DNA of 64,000 nt. It comes from Terriglobia bacterium. GTDB lineage: Bacteria; Acidobacteriota; Terriglobia; 20CM-2-55-15. Location of the stretch: the NCBI GenBank assembly GCA_965198225.1, contig CBDAOY010000005.1, positions 480,001-544,000 of the forward strand. The letters run 5' to 3'. The notes under the pieces were generated by a model. The model ran no database searches. It was not told where the DNA came from and worked only from the letters and a program-made list of their open reading frames with translations. How positions within the stretch are numbered: the first letter of the stretch is position 1; each line of letters begins with the position of its first letter. Shown here piece after piece: positions 1-10,158 of the stretch. The position numbers and the translations under genes were made by a program.

Positions 1-743
1 TATCCCCATCGAAATATCCCAGGCTCTATCCTGTGCCCATCGACACTGCAGAGAAGGCACAGCGCAATTACAGGAACATGAATTTATTGGCACTCCTGGC
101 TGGTCTTGGACTGGTGTTCATTGGAGTCTATTCACCGAGCGAAGAAATGCTCAATTGGGATACGATTTCGGTTCTCACAATCTATATGGCCGTTCAATAT
201 TCCGCGCTTCTGATCGCGGCGACCTCGGGCTTCACATATTTCAATCTCAAGAGAAGAATTGATTCACGTACCACCAGAAAAGCAGAACTCCATCCTCGCC
301 GTTTGTTTGATTTTGTTTCACCCGCGATGGTCGGCCTCGCGATCGTCGTGTATCTCGCCTTCATCTGGCTCGTCCTCTATATCAGGCAGTTCGAGTTTCC
401 CTGGTTTGGCGGATATTGGAATATTTTTGGAGTGACGGCTATCAACCTTTTGTTCGCAGGAATAATCATCCAGAATTTGTATGGAAAGAAAAAGGATCCA
501 TACCAGGCTCACGAAGATCGAATAAGGCATATAGAGCTCAGTGTCAAAATACTGATTTGTTCGAGCATCGCCGCGACCGTGTTTGTAGCGACAGCGATAA
601 TCGTTAAGGCCCTGGACCTGGGCTATCTCCAACCTATCTCCTTCAGCGTGTATTGTCAGCTCTTGGCAATAATGAGCTTCCGGGCATTCCGAATAGACAA
701 TGTGAATTTTGAAGTCTACAAAGAGGATCCGTTGGTCGCATAA
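1..743 (+). CDS. Hypothetical multi-pass membrane protein, 5' end outside the window
   Basis: Frame is open from the window edge (SPSKYPRLYPVPI...); about 6 hydrophobic segments; TAA at 741-743. Confidence 0.7.
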   Translation, partial: SPSKYPRLYPVPIDTAEKAQRNYRNMNLLALLAGLGLVFIGVYSPSEEMLNWDTISVLTIYMAVQYSALLIAATSGFTYFNLKRRIDSRTTRKAELHPRRLFDFVSPAMVGLAIVVYLAFIWLVLYIRQFEFPWFGGYWNIFGVTAINLLFAGIIIQNLYGKKKDPYQAHEDRIRHIELSVKILICSSIAATVFVATAIIVKALDLGYLQPISFSVYCQLLAIMSFRAFRIDNVNFEVYKEDPLVA

Positions 744-798
744 GCTCTCGACCGCCGGTGCCCCGGCCGCTGCAATCCCTTTCGACGTTGTTTCCGGG

Positions 799-1858
799 TC
801 ACTTCCTCTTGTCGTCTTTCTTGACGCGCCGCACCATCTTGGAAAAGCTACGCTCGCGGGCTCTCACCTTGTGTGCTTCCTGCCGGATCTGATGACTCTC
901 CAGTTCTTTTCTCATCTTCATGAAGCTCGCATAGCGATCCGGCCCGAGGTCCCCCTGTTCCATAACGGCCAGGACCGCACAATCGGGTTCCGCTTCGTGT
1001 CTGCAGTCTCGAAAACGGCAATCCGGGGCCAATGCCACGATTTCGGGGGAAGGTCTCACCAAGACGATCCGGGTCGCCCCACAGTTGCAACTCCCGCAGT
1101 CCCGGCGTGTCGATGATGGCGCCGCCTCCGGACAGAGCGAATAGTTCGCGGCGCGTCGTGATGTGCCGTCCCCTGGAGTCGTCCTCCCGAACCGGACCGA
1201 CGCGCTGGAGGTCCACGCCGAGTATCCGGTTGGTCAGCGTCGACTTTCCTGCCCCGGAGGAGCCCACCAGCGCGGCCGTCTGTCCGGCCGCCCAATAGCG
1301 ACCGAGAGCCGTGACTCCCGTTCCTCGAAACGCGCTGATCGCGTGGACATCGGCGGTGCCCGCAATTTCTTCAGCGCGCCGAATAGCGGCGTCAACTTCG
1401 GTACACACATCCGCCTTGTTGAGTACGATCACCGGAAACGCCCCGCTTTCCCAGATGAGCGAAAGATAGCGCTCCAGGCGGCGCACGTTGAAGTCCGCAT
1501 CCAGCCCGGTCACAACCAGGACGGTATCTACGTTGGCCGCCAACGCCTGGTCCTCCACCCGGAGCCCGGCAGCCTGCCGGGTCAAACAGCTCTTGCGCGG
1601 CAGCACGGCGTCGATGATGAATCGGTCCTCATGTGGCCGCACAGCGACCCAGTCACCGATAACCGGAAGCTCCGAGACTGAGCCGGTGCTGTAGCGCATG
1701 CGGCCCGGCACCGACACACGCAACTCACCCTCGCGGCCGATCGCGCAGTAGAACTCTCGGTCATGGCGGTTGATCCGAGCCGGCTCCAGCGAGAGATCGT
1801 CCAACTCCGTCATATGGAAATCAAGTGCCCCGCTCCATCCGATGTCCTCAAACTCCAT
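799..1858 (-). CDS. rsgA: Ribosome small subunit-dependent GTPase A, split by a +1 frameshift in the G run at ~1045-1049
   Basis: NKAD, GSSGAGKST, GRHITT and DTPG motifs in 848..1966; zinc finger CRFRDCRHEAEPDC in 799..1062; removing one base restores ETFPEIVALA. Confidence 0.9.
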
Positions 1859-2114
1859 TTCGCACTCCGTTCTGTTCATGACGGCTGACGTCCGAACGAC
1901 GCACGTCGACCATCGTTCAAATCTGTGTAGGGAAAAAGAAGCGAAGGGACGGGATCCGCCGAACACACAACGCCGGCTTCGACGATCGAGCGACCGTTAA
2001 AGGATCTCCGTCTTAGAGGACAAGGGCTGTCGTCATAAAGCTCTCTGAGGCCGTCGAGCCTCAAGGGGAGCGTAGCACGACCGGACGATCGGACGGGAGA
2101 GGTTTCAGGATCAG

Positions 2115-2374
2115 GTGTAGGTGCGCTCTATGAGCGCACGTTGTTTCGGTTCGGAGAATGTGCGGTCATAGACCGCACCTACACTTGCTGGAGCAACCTC
2201 TCTCGCCCGGGTGTAGGGGCGCTCTATGAGCGGATATGTTTCGGCTCGGAGGGTGTGCGGTCATAGACCGCCCCTACACTTGCCTGAACAACCTCTCTCG
2301 CCCGGGTGTAGGGGCGCTCTATGAGCGCACGTGTTTCGGTTCGAAGAGTGTGCGGTCACAGACCGCCCCTACAC
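2115..2374. repeat. Three ~95-bp tandem units, each an inverted pair of GTAG-initiated REP-like palindromes
   Basis: Units at 2115-2184, 2211-2279 and 2306-2374: GTGTAGG(T/G)GCGCTCTATGAGCG ... TGCGGTCATAGACCGC(A/C)CCTACAC. Confidence 0.85.
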
Positions 2375-2481
2375 CTCCAGAGGTCAGAGTTCTCCACCGA
2401 GCCCAGACCCAATCGCTTGGGGTGAACAACGAAAGCAAGAATGGTAGCAAGAACGGGAACAGCCGTGGAGGCGCAGTTATT

Positions 2482-5400
2482 CTATGGTTGGGATCCGGCA
2501 GCCAGGGTCTCAACAAGTGGCTGTCCCGATTGGTCGACGAGGATCAGCGATCCTGCAGATGACTGCCCCGGACTCCCACTGAAGAGGATGAATTGTGTTG
2601 TATATCCGCCGCCATCGGCCAGGTGAGGGAACAAGCTTTCCGACAAGCTCACGGGAGCCGCCTCGTTCGTCGGCGGGGTCGTGGTGATGAGAAAATCCTG
2701 GCGTTCGTTGTACCGGGTGCGCAGCCCTGCGACGGCGATTTCCGTCGAAACGGAGGAGACGCGTAAGATTCCCTGGAAAGAATCTGGAAGATCCGGAAAA
2801 AACTCCGCAAGAAACCGGGCCGTGTGGCCGAGGGCGGGCAACACAGGCAGGACTACGGGTGCGGGTAATCCGCTGGATGACCCGGCGAGATCCGTCAATT
2901 CAAGCGTCACCGTGGCCGCCGTCGATGAGCTGTTGGCGATGGCCACTCCACTTTGGATATTTCCAGGCGCTCCATCGGTTCCGGAGGATTCGACGTACAT
3001 GCGGAACGCCGTGCCGTCTGTCGCGGCAACGCCGGGTTCCGACAACGTGACTCCCGCTGGTTTGTAGGGAAACACGACCAGGGCGGTAGGCGCTGTCCCA
3101 CCTCCGGTGGGAAGTACGCGCACGGACCCGGTCGCCGCGACCACAGGCGATCCGTCGGTTGCCAGCCGTCGAGAACTTCGAGGCGGGATCGAATACGCAA
3201 AAATGCTACCGGTCTGGCCCGCAATCGTCACGTTTGATGGGTCGCCGTTGCCGTCTTTGAACTCCAGATTTCCCGCGATAGTGTTGCTGGTGGGATTCAC
3301 CAGCAGGACCAGGGTCGTCCATCCTCCTCCATCAGCGAAGTGCGGAATGACGGCGGTGCCGCTTGCGGCCGGCGCCGTGGTGTCGATAACGGGGAGGGTG
3401 GCCATCAGGAAGTCCTGACGTTCATTCAAAAGACCCCGGATCGCGATGACGCCCAGGGGCAGGTCGGATGTGAAACTGAACGTGCCCTGAAATGCCGAAC
3501 CACTGAACGTCTTGAAAGGAGCCTGATCCAGAAACTTCGCGACTTGCCCGTTTGGCGGGATCGTCGTTGTGCCGAAGCCAAGATCGATCCCGTCAGCATC
3601 CGTAAAGTTGAAGTTGATGGATGCCGTCTGGTCGTTCGGATTGACGATGGCCAGCCCCGTATTGAGGGAGCCGTCGACTTCGGCGTAAATCTGTCCCGAT
3701 CTCAAAGACGCCGTGGCTGGAACGCTGGTCTCACTCACGAGATTCTCGCCCGGGCGATAGCCGAAGATTGCCACGCCTGCGGGCGTGCTGTTGCCGACGT
3801 CGGGCCGGATACGGCCATAACCCACATTGATGGAAGGCGCACTCCCCGATGTCGTCAGCGAACTGCCTCCCCGATCCGGTGTCGTAAATGGATTGGCATC
3901 GATGACGATGAGCCCCCACTCTTGCTTGCTATCGCCACCATCGCCGCACTTCATCCCGTGGACATAGTAAAGGTATTCGGTCGTGGTCCCGGTGTTGGTG
4001 AACGTGTGGCTGTAGTCGGCAGGAAAGGGATTTCCGGCCGCCGTGAAATGCTGATAGATGGGATCGTTGCGGCGCAGATGGAGATCATCCGTCCAGTCGT
4101 CGATCGTCTTGCCGCTGTTGGGGAGCACACCCCCGCTGGTGTTCTCGGCGCGCCACAACATTCTTTCATAGACCTCCAGGAAGACCCCGTCAGAGTTGTC
4201 CCATAGGTTCTGGAATGTGAGATCCAGGTCGGACGGAGTCGCCACCTGCGACAGGTTGTTGGTTTGATAGCCGGTGACCTGGCCCTGAGCACCTTCCTGC
4301 AGGACCCACCGGTTCGGACAATTACTGTCGTCCTGAGTCCCCCGGTAGTCGTTCCGAGGTCGGAGAGGCTTGGGATGGGTGCCGTCGAAAGGGCAGCCGG
4401 CGGCTTTCTGTCCCAGGCCGTTGTGCTGAACGACGAAACTTGTTCCCCGGGATTGTTGCCCGAGATCCAATATGCTCTCGGTCTGCTCGAAGCCTGCGAT
4501 CAGTGGCGACGCGTCGGACGAGCTCCCCGTGGAGGTCAGATATCCGCCGGTTTCGTTGATCCTCGGAAAACCGGCCTGTAGCAGAGCGTAGCTCATGGAC
4601 TTGCCCGGAAACAGATCATTGAACAGCTGAGTCTGCTCCGTGTAAAACGCGTACAGCCCCGAGGGGCGGTATCCATCGGCGGCAAAGATGGCAGGGTTGC
4701 AAGGGCAGCCCTCGGTGCAGTTCTTCGGGAGCCGGTTCTCGTGAGAAATCTGGTTGGCACCCGAGATCTTCATGTAAGCCAGGGCGCGGTACCAGTCCGC
4801 CCGGCTCTTGATGAACTCGGCCACTTCAGTCAGCATCGAGGCGTAAAGCTGTCTGTACCTGAGGCCGGTCGGGTTGCCCAGGTCCATTCGCACGCCGCAG
4901 CCCGTGGCGCCCCCATCAGCCACATCTCGTAAATGCAGACGCGTGACGCCGCCGCCACCCCCGGTCCGCGGTGTGTCATCGGTGTTGGTCGAGAAGATCC
5001 AGTCGGGAGTGCCGTCCTTGCCTGCCTTGATACCCAGGCTGTACAGTTTGCCGTTCTGCACCGCCTGTTCGATCTCGCGCCGGAGAATAGTGAAGTCGAA
5101 CACACCAGGCGCGGGGTTGATGTCGCTCCACAACAACCGGATGAACACTCCGGAGACGTTCGCACTCTGCCAGATCGAGTCCGCAGTTGCCTGGTATGCG
5201 CCGCCACGGCACAGTACCTTGCCGTTGTCGCCGGTCTCAATCGTAGCCCCTTCGAGCGGGCAAGTCCCAGTGGCTTCGATGTAACCCCCATCGAGAGGGC
5301 TCAGCGTGTAAACGCCCGAAGGCGCAACGGGCATCGGTCCGGTAAACTCGTTCGGATCGGATGGACCGTAGGCCTTCAGGCTGGTACACATGGCAGGAAA

Positions 5401-5649
5401 GCCTTGCGCGCCGTCGGCTGGAATTATCGAGTCCACGCGCGTGAGTTGCTCCCAACGGACGGTGTCACCGCTCCTGATATAGGTCACTTGAGGTGTGAAT
5501 GTCCCGTCGACATTCACCGTCACGGTGTGGGTTTGCGACTGCGCAAACGCAATGGAACAACTCATCACTCCAAGCAGGCCTAATCTGGCCGGTACAGCCC
5601 ACCGGGCTCCACGAAGCCAATCATTCACTCCAGTCACCGCGTTCCTCAC
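2482..5649 (-). CDS. Large secreted protein: cupredoxin-like N-terminus, glycoside hydrolase-like TIM barrel, duplicated C-terminal beta-rich domain
   Basis: Signal peptide; FTPQVTYIRSGDTVRW; GVFIRLLWSDINPAPGVFDF...GTPDW resembles GH-A/GH42-type N-termini; repeated NTGLAIVNPN / PHFADGGGWTT units. Confidence 0.65.
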   Translation of the reverse strand: MRNAVTGVNDWLRGARWAVPARLGLLGVMSCSIAFAQSQTHTVTVNVDGTFTPQVTYIRSGDTVRWEQLTRVDSIIPADGAQGFPAMCTSLKAYGPSDPNEFTGPMPVAPSGVYTLSPLDGGYIEATGTCPLEGATIETGDNGKVLCRGGAYQATADSIWQSANVSGVFIRLLWSDINPAPGVFDFTILRREIEQAVQNGKLYSLGIKAGKDGTPDWIFSTNTDDTPRTGGGGGVTRLHLRDVADGGATGCGVRMDLGNPTGLRYRQLYASMLTEVAEFIKSRADWYRALAYMKISGANQISHENRLPKNCTEGCPCNPAIFAADGYRPSGLYAFYTEQTQLFNDLFPGKSMSYALLQAGFPRINETGGYLTSTGSSSDASPLIAGFEQTESILDLGQQSRGTSFVVQHNGLGQKAAGCPFDGTHPKPLRPRNDYRGTQDDSNCPNRWVLQEGAQGQVTGYQTNNLSQVATPSDLDLTFQNLWDNSDGVFLEVYERMLWRAENTSGGVLPNSGKTIDDWTDDLHLRRNDPIYQHFTAAGNPFPADYSHTFTNTGTTTEYLYYVHGMKCGDGGDSKQEWGLIVIDANPFTTPDRGGSSLTTSGSAPSINVGYGRIRPDVGNSTPAGVAIFGYRPGENLVSETSVPATASLRSGQIYAEVDGSLNTGLAIVNPNDQTASINFNFTDADGIDLGFGTTTIPPNGQVAKFLDQAPFKTFSGSAFQGTFSFTSDLPLGVIAIRGLLNERQDFLMATLPVIDTTAPAASGTAVIPHFADGGGWTTLVLLVNPTSNTIAGNLEFKDGNGDPSNVTIAGQTGSIFAYSIPPRSSRRLATDGSPVVAATGSVRVLPTGGGTAPTALVVFPYKPAGVTLSEPGVAATDGTAFRMYVESSGTDGAPGNIQSGVAIANSSSTAATVTLELTDLAGSSSGLPAPVVLPVLPALGHTARFLAEFFPDLPDSFQGILRVSSVSTEIAVAGLRTRYNERQDFLITTTPPTNEAAPVSLSESLFPHLADGGGYTTQFILFSGSPGQSSAGSLILVDQSGQPLVETLAAGSQP

Positions 5650-5888
5650 CTCTCTGATTTCTTCATCATATTAGATACGCCCCACTTCTCTCATGCTGCC
5701 GCTCTTACCCATGAGGCTCAGTGATTTCGGTCCTGGCCAAGTAGACACAATGGATGAGAATAGGTTTACCGAAACGTGGGGACGAACGACCTACTTTATC
5801 GCCAGGGCACTGTGGCAGGCACCCTTTGTGGAAAGGCGGCAGCCCGGACAAGAGCGGACGCACCGCGCAACGTGCCTCGAACAGGCCA

Positions 5889-7106
5889 TCAGTTGCCGCG
5901 CATGTAAACAGGGGCATCCGGGTTGTACTGGCGCCAGTCGAACCAGTAGTCGAGAACTGTCTGCAGTCGGGGAAGCGAGGTGCCCGTGAGAGGGCCGGCG
6001 ACGGCCGTGCCCGAGAAATCCCATCGGCTGCCGGTGTCGGCGTCCATCAGCGTCAGCGTCTCAGAATCTTCGAGGCCGTAGAGTTCGGCCTCGGCGCCGT
6101 TGACCACCCGCTGGAATGCTCGGGCGGACCGTCCGTCCGCGGCCAGGAGCACGACGATCGGCGTGTTTCCGACCCGGTCCTGGAGCGGAGTTTGTTCGGC
6201 CAGGAGCGTCGCCGGGTAGCCCTTTACCCGGTCGCCTACGTGCACGCTCACGATCAGATCGCGCGGCTCCAGGGCGACGTCGGGATCGGGACTGTACCAG
6301 AGACCGGTCGTGTAATAAGCGGCCCGCTCGGGATCGGCCTGCCGGTAGCGCGCGAAGGGATAAATGGCCGCGTATTCGGGGTCGGGACGCAGGACCAGGC
6401 TGTCGGGATGCTCGTGACGCCAGATGGCGAAGCTCACTTCATCCCAGTTATACATCTCCAGGCGCCGGCCCTTCATGGGGCCGACGATCGCTTTTCCGGT
6501 TACCTGTTGCCACCACGTTCCGGTCCGAACGTCGCGCATGACGAAGTTCTGGTTGTTCATCCCGGCGTATTCGAAGTCGAGAGACTGTCCGTCCAACTCG
6601 CCGCGCCACACCAGACCGGTGCGACACATCCCTCAATAGGTGACGAGCAGCCGCACCCCCCCGACGACATCGTTGACGACGTGGGGGTAAGCGACCACGG
6701 CGTTGGGGTAGGCGATCGCCTGTCCGTCCACAACGACGCCGAGCACCATGTCGGCGTCGTCCAGGAAGTCCACGTCCTGAAGCCGGGCGTAGCGAACGCT
6801 GTCCATGGGCGCGAAGACGGTACGTTGGCTGTCGACGAACAGCCACGTCGCACCGATCAGCCCGAGCAGCGGAGCGATCAGGATCAGACGGCCCCCAGCC
6901 TTCCGCCGGTGATGGAGAATCCCACCGCCTCCGACGCCGGCCAGCACCAGGACCAGGAGCCAGCCGAAACGATCGATCCCGTAGACCACCGAAAGCCCGG
7001 CCGGCGTTTGTCCAGCGACGACATCCTGCAACGCAGCGCGGAGCGGCGCCAGCCCGGCGATTCCCACGGCCGCGATCGCGGCGACCACGATCTGCCAATG
7101 TCTCAT
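5889..7106 (-). CDS. DUF3179-family membrane-anchored selenoprotein (Sec at TGA 6633-6635, UxxC)
   Basis: ORFs 6633..7106 and 5889..6629 are in one frame: VTY-TGA-GMCRTG aligns to the family VTYCPLC motif; DxxTGTWWQQVTG and YWFDW motifs. Confidence 0.88.
6605..6627 (-). promoter_or_regulatory. Bacterial SECIS-like hairpin just 3' of the Sec codon
   Basis: Minus strand UGUCGCACC-GGUCU-GGUGUGGCG; the apical GGUCU loop resembles the E. coli fdhF SECIS loop. Confidence 0.75.
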
Positions 7107-7219
7107 TGCATACTCCAGTATTCCTGAACCGCCAGGCTAAAACTGCTCCAGGCCTTCGCCGTTTGGAGGCGGAACTCCTCCTGGATGCGGGCAGCAGTTT
7201 CGGAGCTCCACCCGGGCAG

Positions 7220-8110
7220 CTACGCCAGGGCGGTATCGAACAGGGCGAGCAGCCGGCTCCATGCCCGCTCCGCCTGGGCCTCGTTGTACACGTCCGAGTC
7301 CGGTGGGCACCAGCCGTGCAGGGTGTCCTGATAAACCTCGATCTCTGCCGGGAGTCCGGCGCCGGCATAGACTTCACGGAGCACATTCTTTGCTTCCGGA
7401 TCGCGCTCGTCATCGTTCTCCGCAATCGCGAACAGAAAGTGGGCTTTCGTGTCGGGAACCAGCAGGTGCGGACTATCGGGCTGGTCCGTCACCAATCCGC
7501 CACCGTGGAAGGACGCGCCTGCCCCGATACGCCCGGGTACAGCGGCTGCGGTACGCATCGTGATCGGACCGCCCATGCAGTACCCCGTGGTGCCGATTCT
7601 CCGGTTCGTGTCGACGGCTGCCTGCCGGTCCAGGAAGGTCACGAAGGCCCGGGCGTCCCTCATGTGGGTTGTGGCGTTCAGCGAACGCGCCAACGGGAAG
7701 ACGATATTGCGAATCTCCTCGTCCTGGAAGCTTGCGCCATCGGGAACCACCGGGGCCCTGCTGTTCCGGTAGAACGGGTTGACGACCAACACCGAATAGC
7801 CCGATTCGGCGAGCCTCCGGCCCATCATCCTGAATGCCGGGCGCAGGCCGAGTATGTCCGGCCAAACAATGACGCCAGGATGTTCGCCGCTCGACGGATG
7901 CACGAAATAGGAATCTGCGCTTCCATCAGGTGTTGGAACATCGACATCCGCTTCCGTCACGGCTTGCGCATCGGCGGCCCTCGGCAAGAGCATTGCCAAA
8001 CCCATTCCGACCGATAGTGTGCTGAACTGGCGCCTTGTCAGACTCCCGGTTCGGCTCAGGTACTTGTTCGTGTCCTTAACTGTCTTTTCGTCGCACATGA
8101 GTTCCTCCAT
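7220..8110 (-). CDS. Dienelactone hydrolase family protein with Tat signal
   Basis: TRRQF Tat motif; GYCMGG nucleophile; HGW catalytic His. Confidence 0.9.
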   Translation of the reverse strand: MEELMCDEKTVKDTNKYLSRTGSLTRRQFSTLSVGMGLAMLLPRAADAQAVTEADVDVPTPDGSADSYFVHPSSGEHPGVIVWPDILGLRPAFRMMGRRLAESGYSVLVVNPFYRNSRAPVVPDGASFQDEEIRNIVFPLARSLNATTHMRDARAFVTFLDRQAAVDTNRRIGTTGYCMGGPITMRTAAAVPGRIGAGASFHGGGLVTDQPDSPHLLVPDTKAHFLFAIAENDDERDPEAKNVLREVYAGAGLPAEIEVYQDTLHGWCPPDSDVYNEAQAERAWSRLLALFDTALA

Positions 8111-8324
8111 CGGCGGGAGCCTGAACCTTCATCACCGTCGGTGCAGGCCCACTCTCTCCGGGCTCGATCACCCGCAAATAAAGCACAGGTGGGACGGGAG
8201 ATCAATTGAAGAGTAAACTAGCCTGACAAACCGCTCGACAGACTTGGGTAGCGAAGTCTTCCCCGGCCTCAGTCGCGGGTACCTTTTCTGCCCGCCAGCG
8301 GAACTTCGGGAGTTGCATTCCAAC

Positions 8325-9533
8325 ATGAGTCTGATCCTACGGCGGGTCCTCCTTATTGCTGCCCTGGGGGCGCTTGTACTTGCCGCGTTCTTCGGTACCC
8401 GTACTCCATCTTCGAGCACACCGGACTCCGCGTCTCTTCCGCGGTCGTCCTTCGCGTGGAACCAGGCAGAGTTAGAGGCGGGACTCGCGCACTGGGACGA
8501 AGTCTTTCCCGGACGTGAGGTGCGGCGGGGGTCGCAGGTTAATGAGCTCGCTCCTGGCAATGCGCTCGCGCCATTCTCGGCGGGCGGACCCTGGGAAGAG
8601 GAGCTCGAGCGGTTCATCGCCGAACAGAGGGTCGCGGGCCTGATCGTGCTGCACCGAGGGATGGTCCGGCTGGAGCGGTACGCGCTTGGGCACAGCGTCA
8701 CCGGCCGCTGGACGTCACAGTCCATGGCGAAGTCCGTTACGAGTACGCTCGTCGGCGCCGCGGTGAGGGATGGCTTCATTTCTAGTATCGACGACCCCGT
8801 CACGACATACATCCCTGACCTCCGGGGCAGCGCCTACGAGGGTGTCACCGTCCGTCATCTGATGACGATGACCTCGGGAGCGCAGTGGAGGGAAGACTAC
8901 ACGGATCCCGCGTCCGACATCGCCCGTTTCTACTCCGCGCCGCCGGAGCCGGGAATGGATGCGACGGTAAGCTACATGCGCGGGCTGGGGCGGGAGGCGG
9001 CGCCCGGCACAAAGTGGGTCTACAAGACCGGCGAGACGCACCTCCTGGGCGTCCTCGTATCCTCCGCGACTGGGCAGCCACTGGCCGAGTACCTCTCATC
9101 GAAGATCTGGCGGCCGTACGGCATGGAGCAATCAGCTTCGTGGTCAATCGACCGGACCGATCACGAATTGGCTGGCTGCTGTCTCCAGGCGACTCTCCGG
9201 GACTTCGCGCGGTACGGTCAATTCGTCCTCGAAGGTGGGCGGATCGACGGCCGCTCGATCGTTCCCGACGGCTGGTTTGAGGAAGCCACTCGGACGCAGG
9301 CGTCGACGGGTTTCGCCGGTCGTGGGTACGGATACCAGTGGTGGACAGCCGACGACGGGACCTTCGATGCCATCGGTATTCACGGTCAGCTCATCCACAT
9401 CGATCCTGCACGGCGGCTCGTTGTGGTGCTCAACAGTGCATGGCCGGCCGCGACGGGTCGGGAACGATCATCAGCGCAGAGGAATCTCTTGAGCACGATC
9501 GCGGCAGCGATAGACGATGAGGGCTCAGGCTAG
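8325..9533 (+). CDS. Serine hydrolase, beta-lactamase-like (class C/NylB type)
   Basis: SMAK (SxxK), HLMTMTSG and GYGYQWW motifs; N-terminal signal or anchor. Confidence 0.88.
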   Translation: MSLILRRVLLIAALGALVLAAFFGTRTPSSSTPDSASLPRSSFAWNQAELEAGLAHWDEVFPGREVRRGSQVNELAPGNALAPFSAGGPWEEELERFIAEQRVAGLIVLHRGMVRLERYALGHSVTGRWTSQSMAKSVTSTLVGAAVRDGFISSIDDPVTTYIPDLRGSAYEGVTVRHLMTMTSGAQWREDYTDPASDIARFYSAPPEPGMDATVSYMRGLGREAAPGTKWVYKTGETHLLGVLVSSATGQPLAEYLSSKIWRPYGMEQSASWSIDRTDHELAGCCLQATLRDFARYGQFVLEGGRIDGRSIVPDGWFEEATRTQASTGFAGRGYGYQWWTADDGTFDAIGIHGQLIHIDPARRLVVVLNSAWPAATGRERSSAQRNLLSTIAAAIDDEGSG

Positions 9534-9707
9534 CAGGAACTCCCGGCACGGGTTTGAAGCCGTCAGGGGAGAACGGTAGACGCGACAACCCTCTTTCGAC
9601 TGGCGCTGTCGGCCGGCATGGTCCTCACGCTGCTTAACCCCAATTTCATCCTGTGCAGCCATGTGTCAGAGCGCACGGGTGTACGCATGGCGGGAGCCAT
9701 ATGTTGC

Positions 9708-9995
9708 TCAAGTGAGAAAGAAAACGGCGGCAATTGCTGCGAACGCGGCGGCAGCCTGCATGGCGAGTACCTGCAGCGCCTGTGTCGGACTGCGTGGCAG
9801 CCACTTGATCGCGAAAAACGCCGCGACCGGCACCTGAGCCACCATGAGTATCTGAAAGATGTGTGCAGCAGTCCCTTCGTCGGCCTCGTGGACAATGCCG
9901 AATATTGCAGCGTGAACAAGCACCATGGTGAGTGCGACGAGCGACATCGCCAGAGGAAGAAAAGCGCTCGGCTGCCTGATCGATGGGACGTTCAT
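9708..9995 (-). CDS. Small membrane protein (3 TM), unknown function
   Basis: 95 aa with three hydrophobic helices; GGAGG RBS upstream. Confidence 0.6.
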   Translation of the reverse strand: MNVPSIRQPSAFLPLAMSLVALTMVLVHAAIFGIVHEADEGTAAHIFQILMVAQVPVAAFFAIKWLPRSPTQALQVLAMQAAAAFAAIAAVFFLT

Positions 9996-10158
9996 TTGGG
10001 AACCTCCAGAGTGTGTTTCGCTTGGCCGTCTCCAGCGTCTCCAGACTCATCGAGATCGAAGGCCGCGAGTCTACCGACAATTACTTTGTTATGTAAAGTG
10101 ATGTGCTCGCTTGCTCGGATTTACTTTCAGATTCCGCGTGTTGTTTCACAAGTCTGAG

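Noticed and set aside
1040-1055. Programmed frameshifting in rsgA (also DUF2207 at ~17255 and the virB6-like gene at ~52210)
   Set aside because: All are single-base indels in short G/C runs, which fits sequencing error or recent mutation; no recoding signals seen
2115-2374. Possible CRISPR array
   Set aside because: The spacers are themselves similar to each other, the units are inverted palindrome pairs, and there are no cas genes
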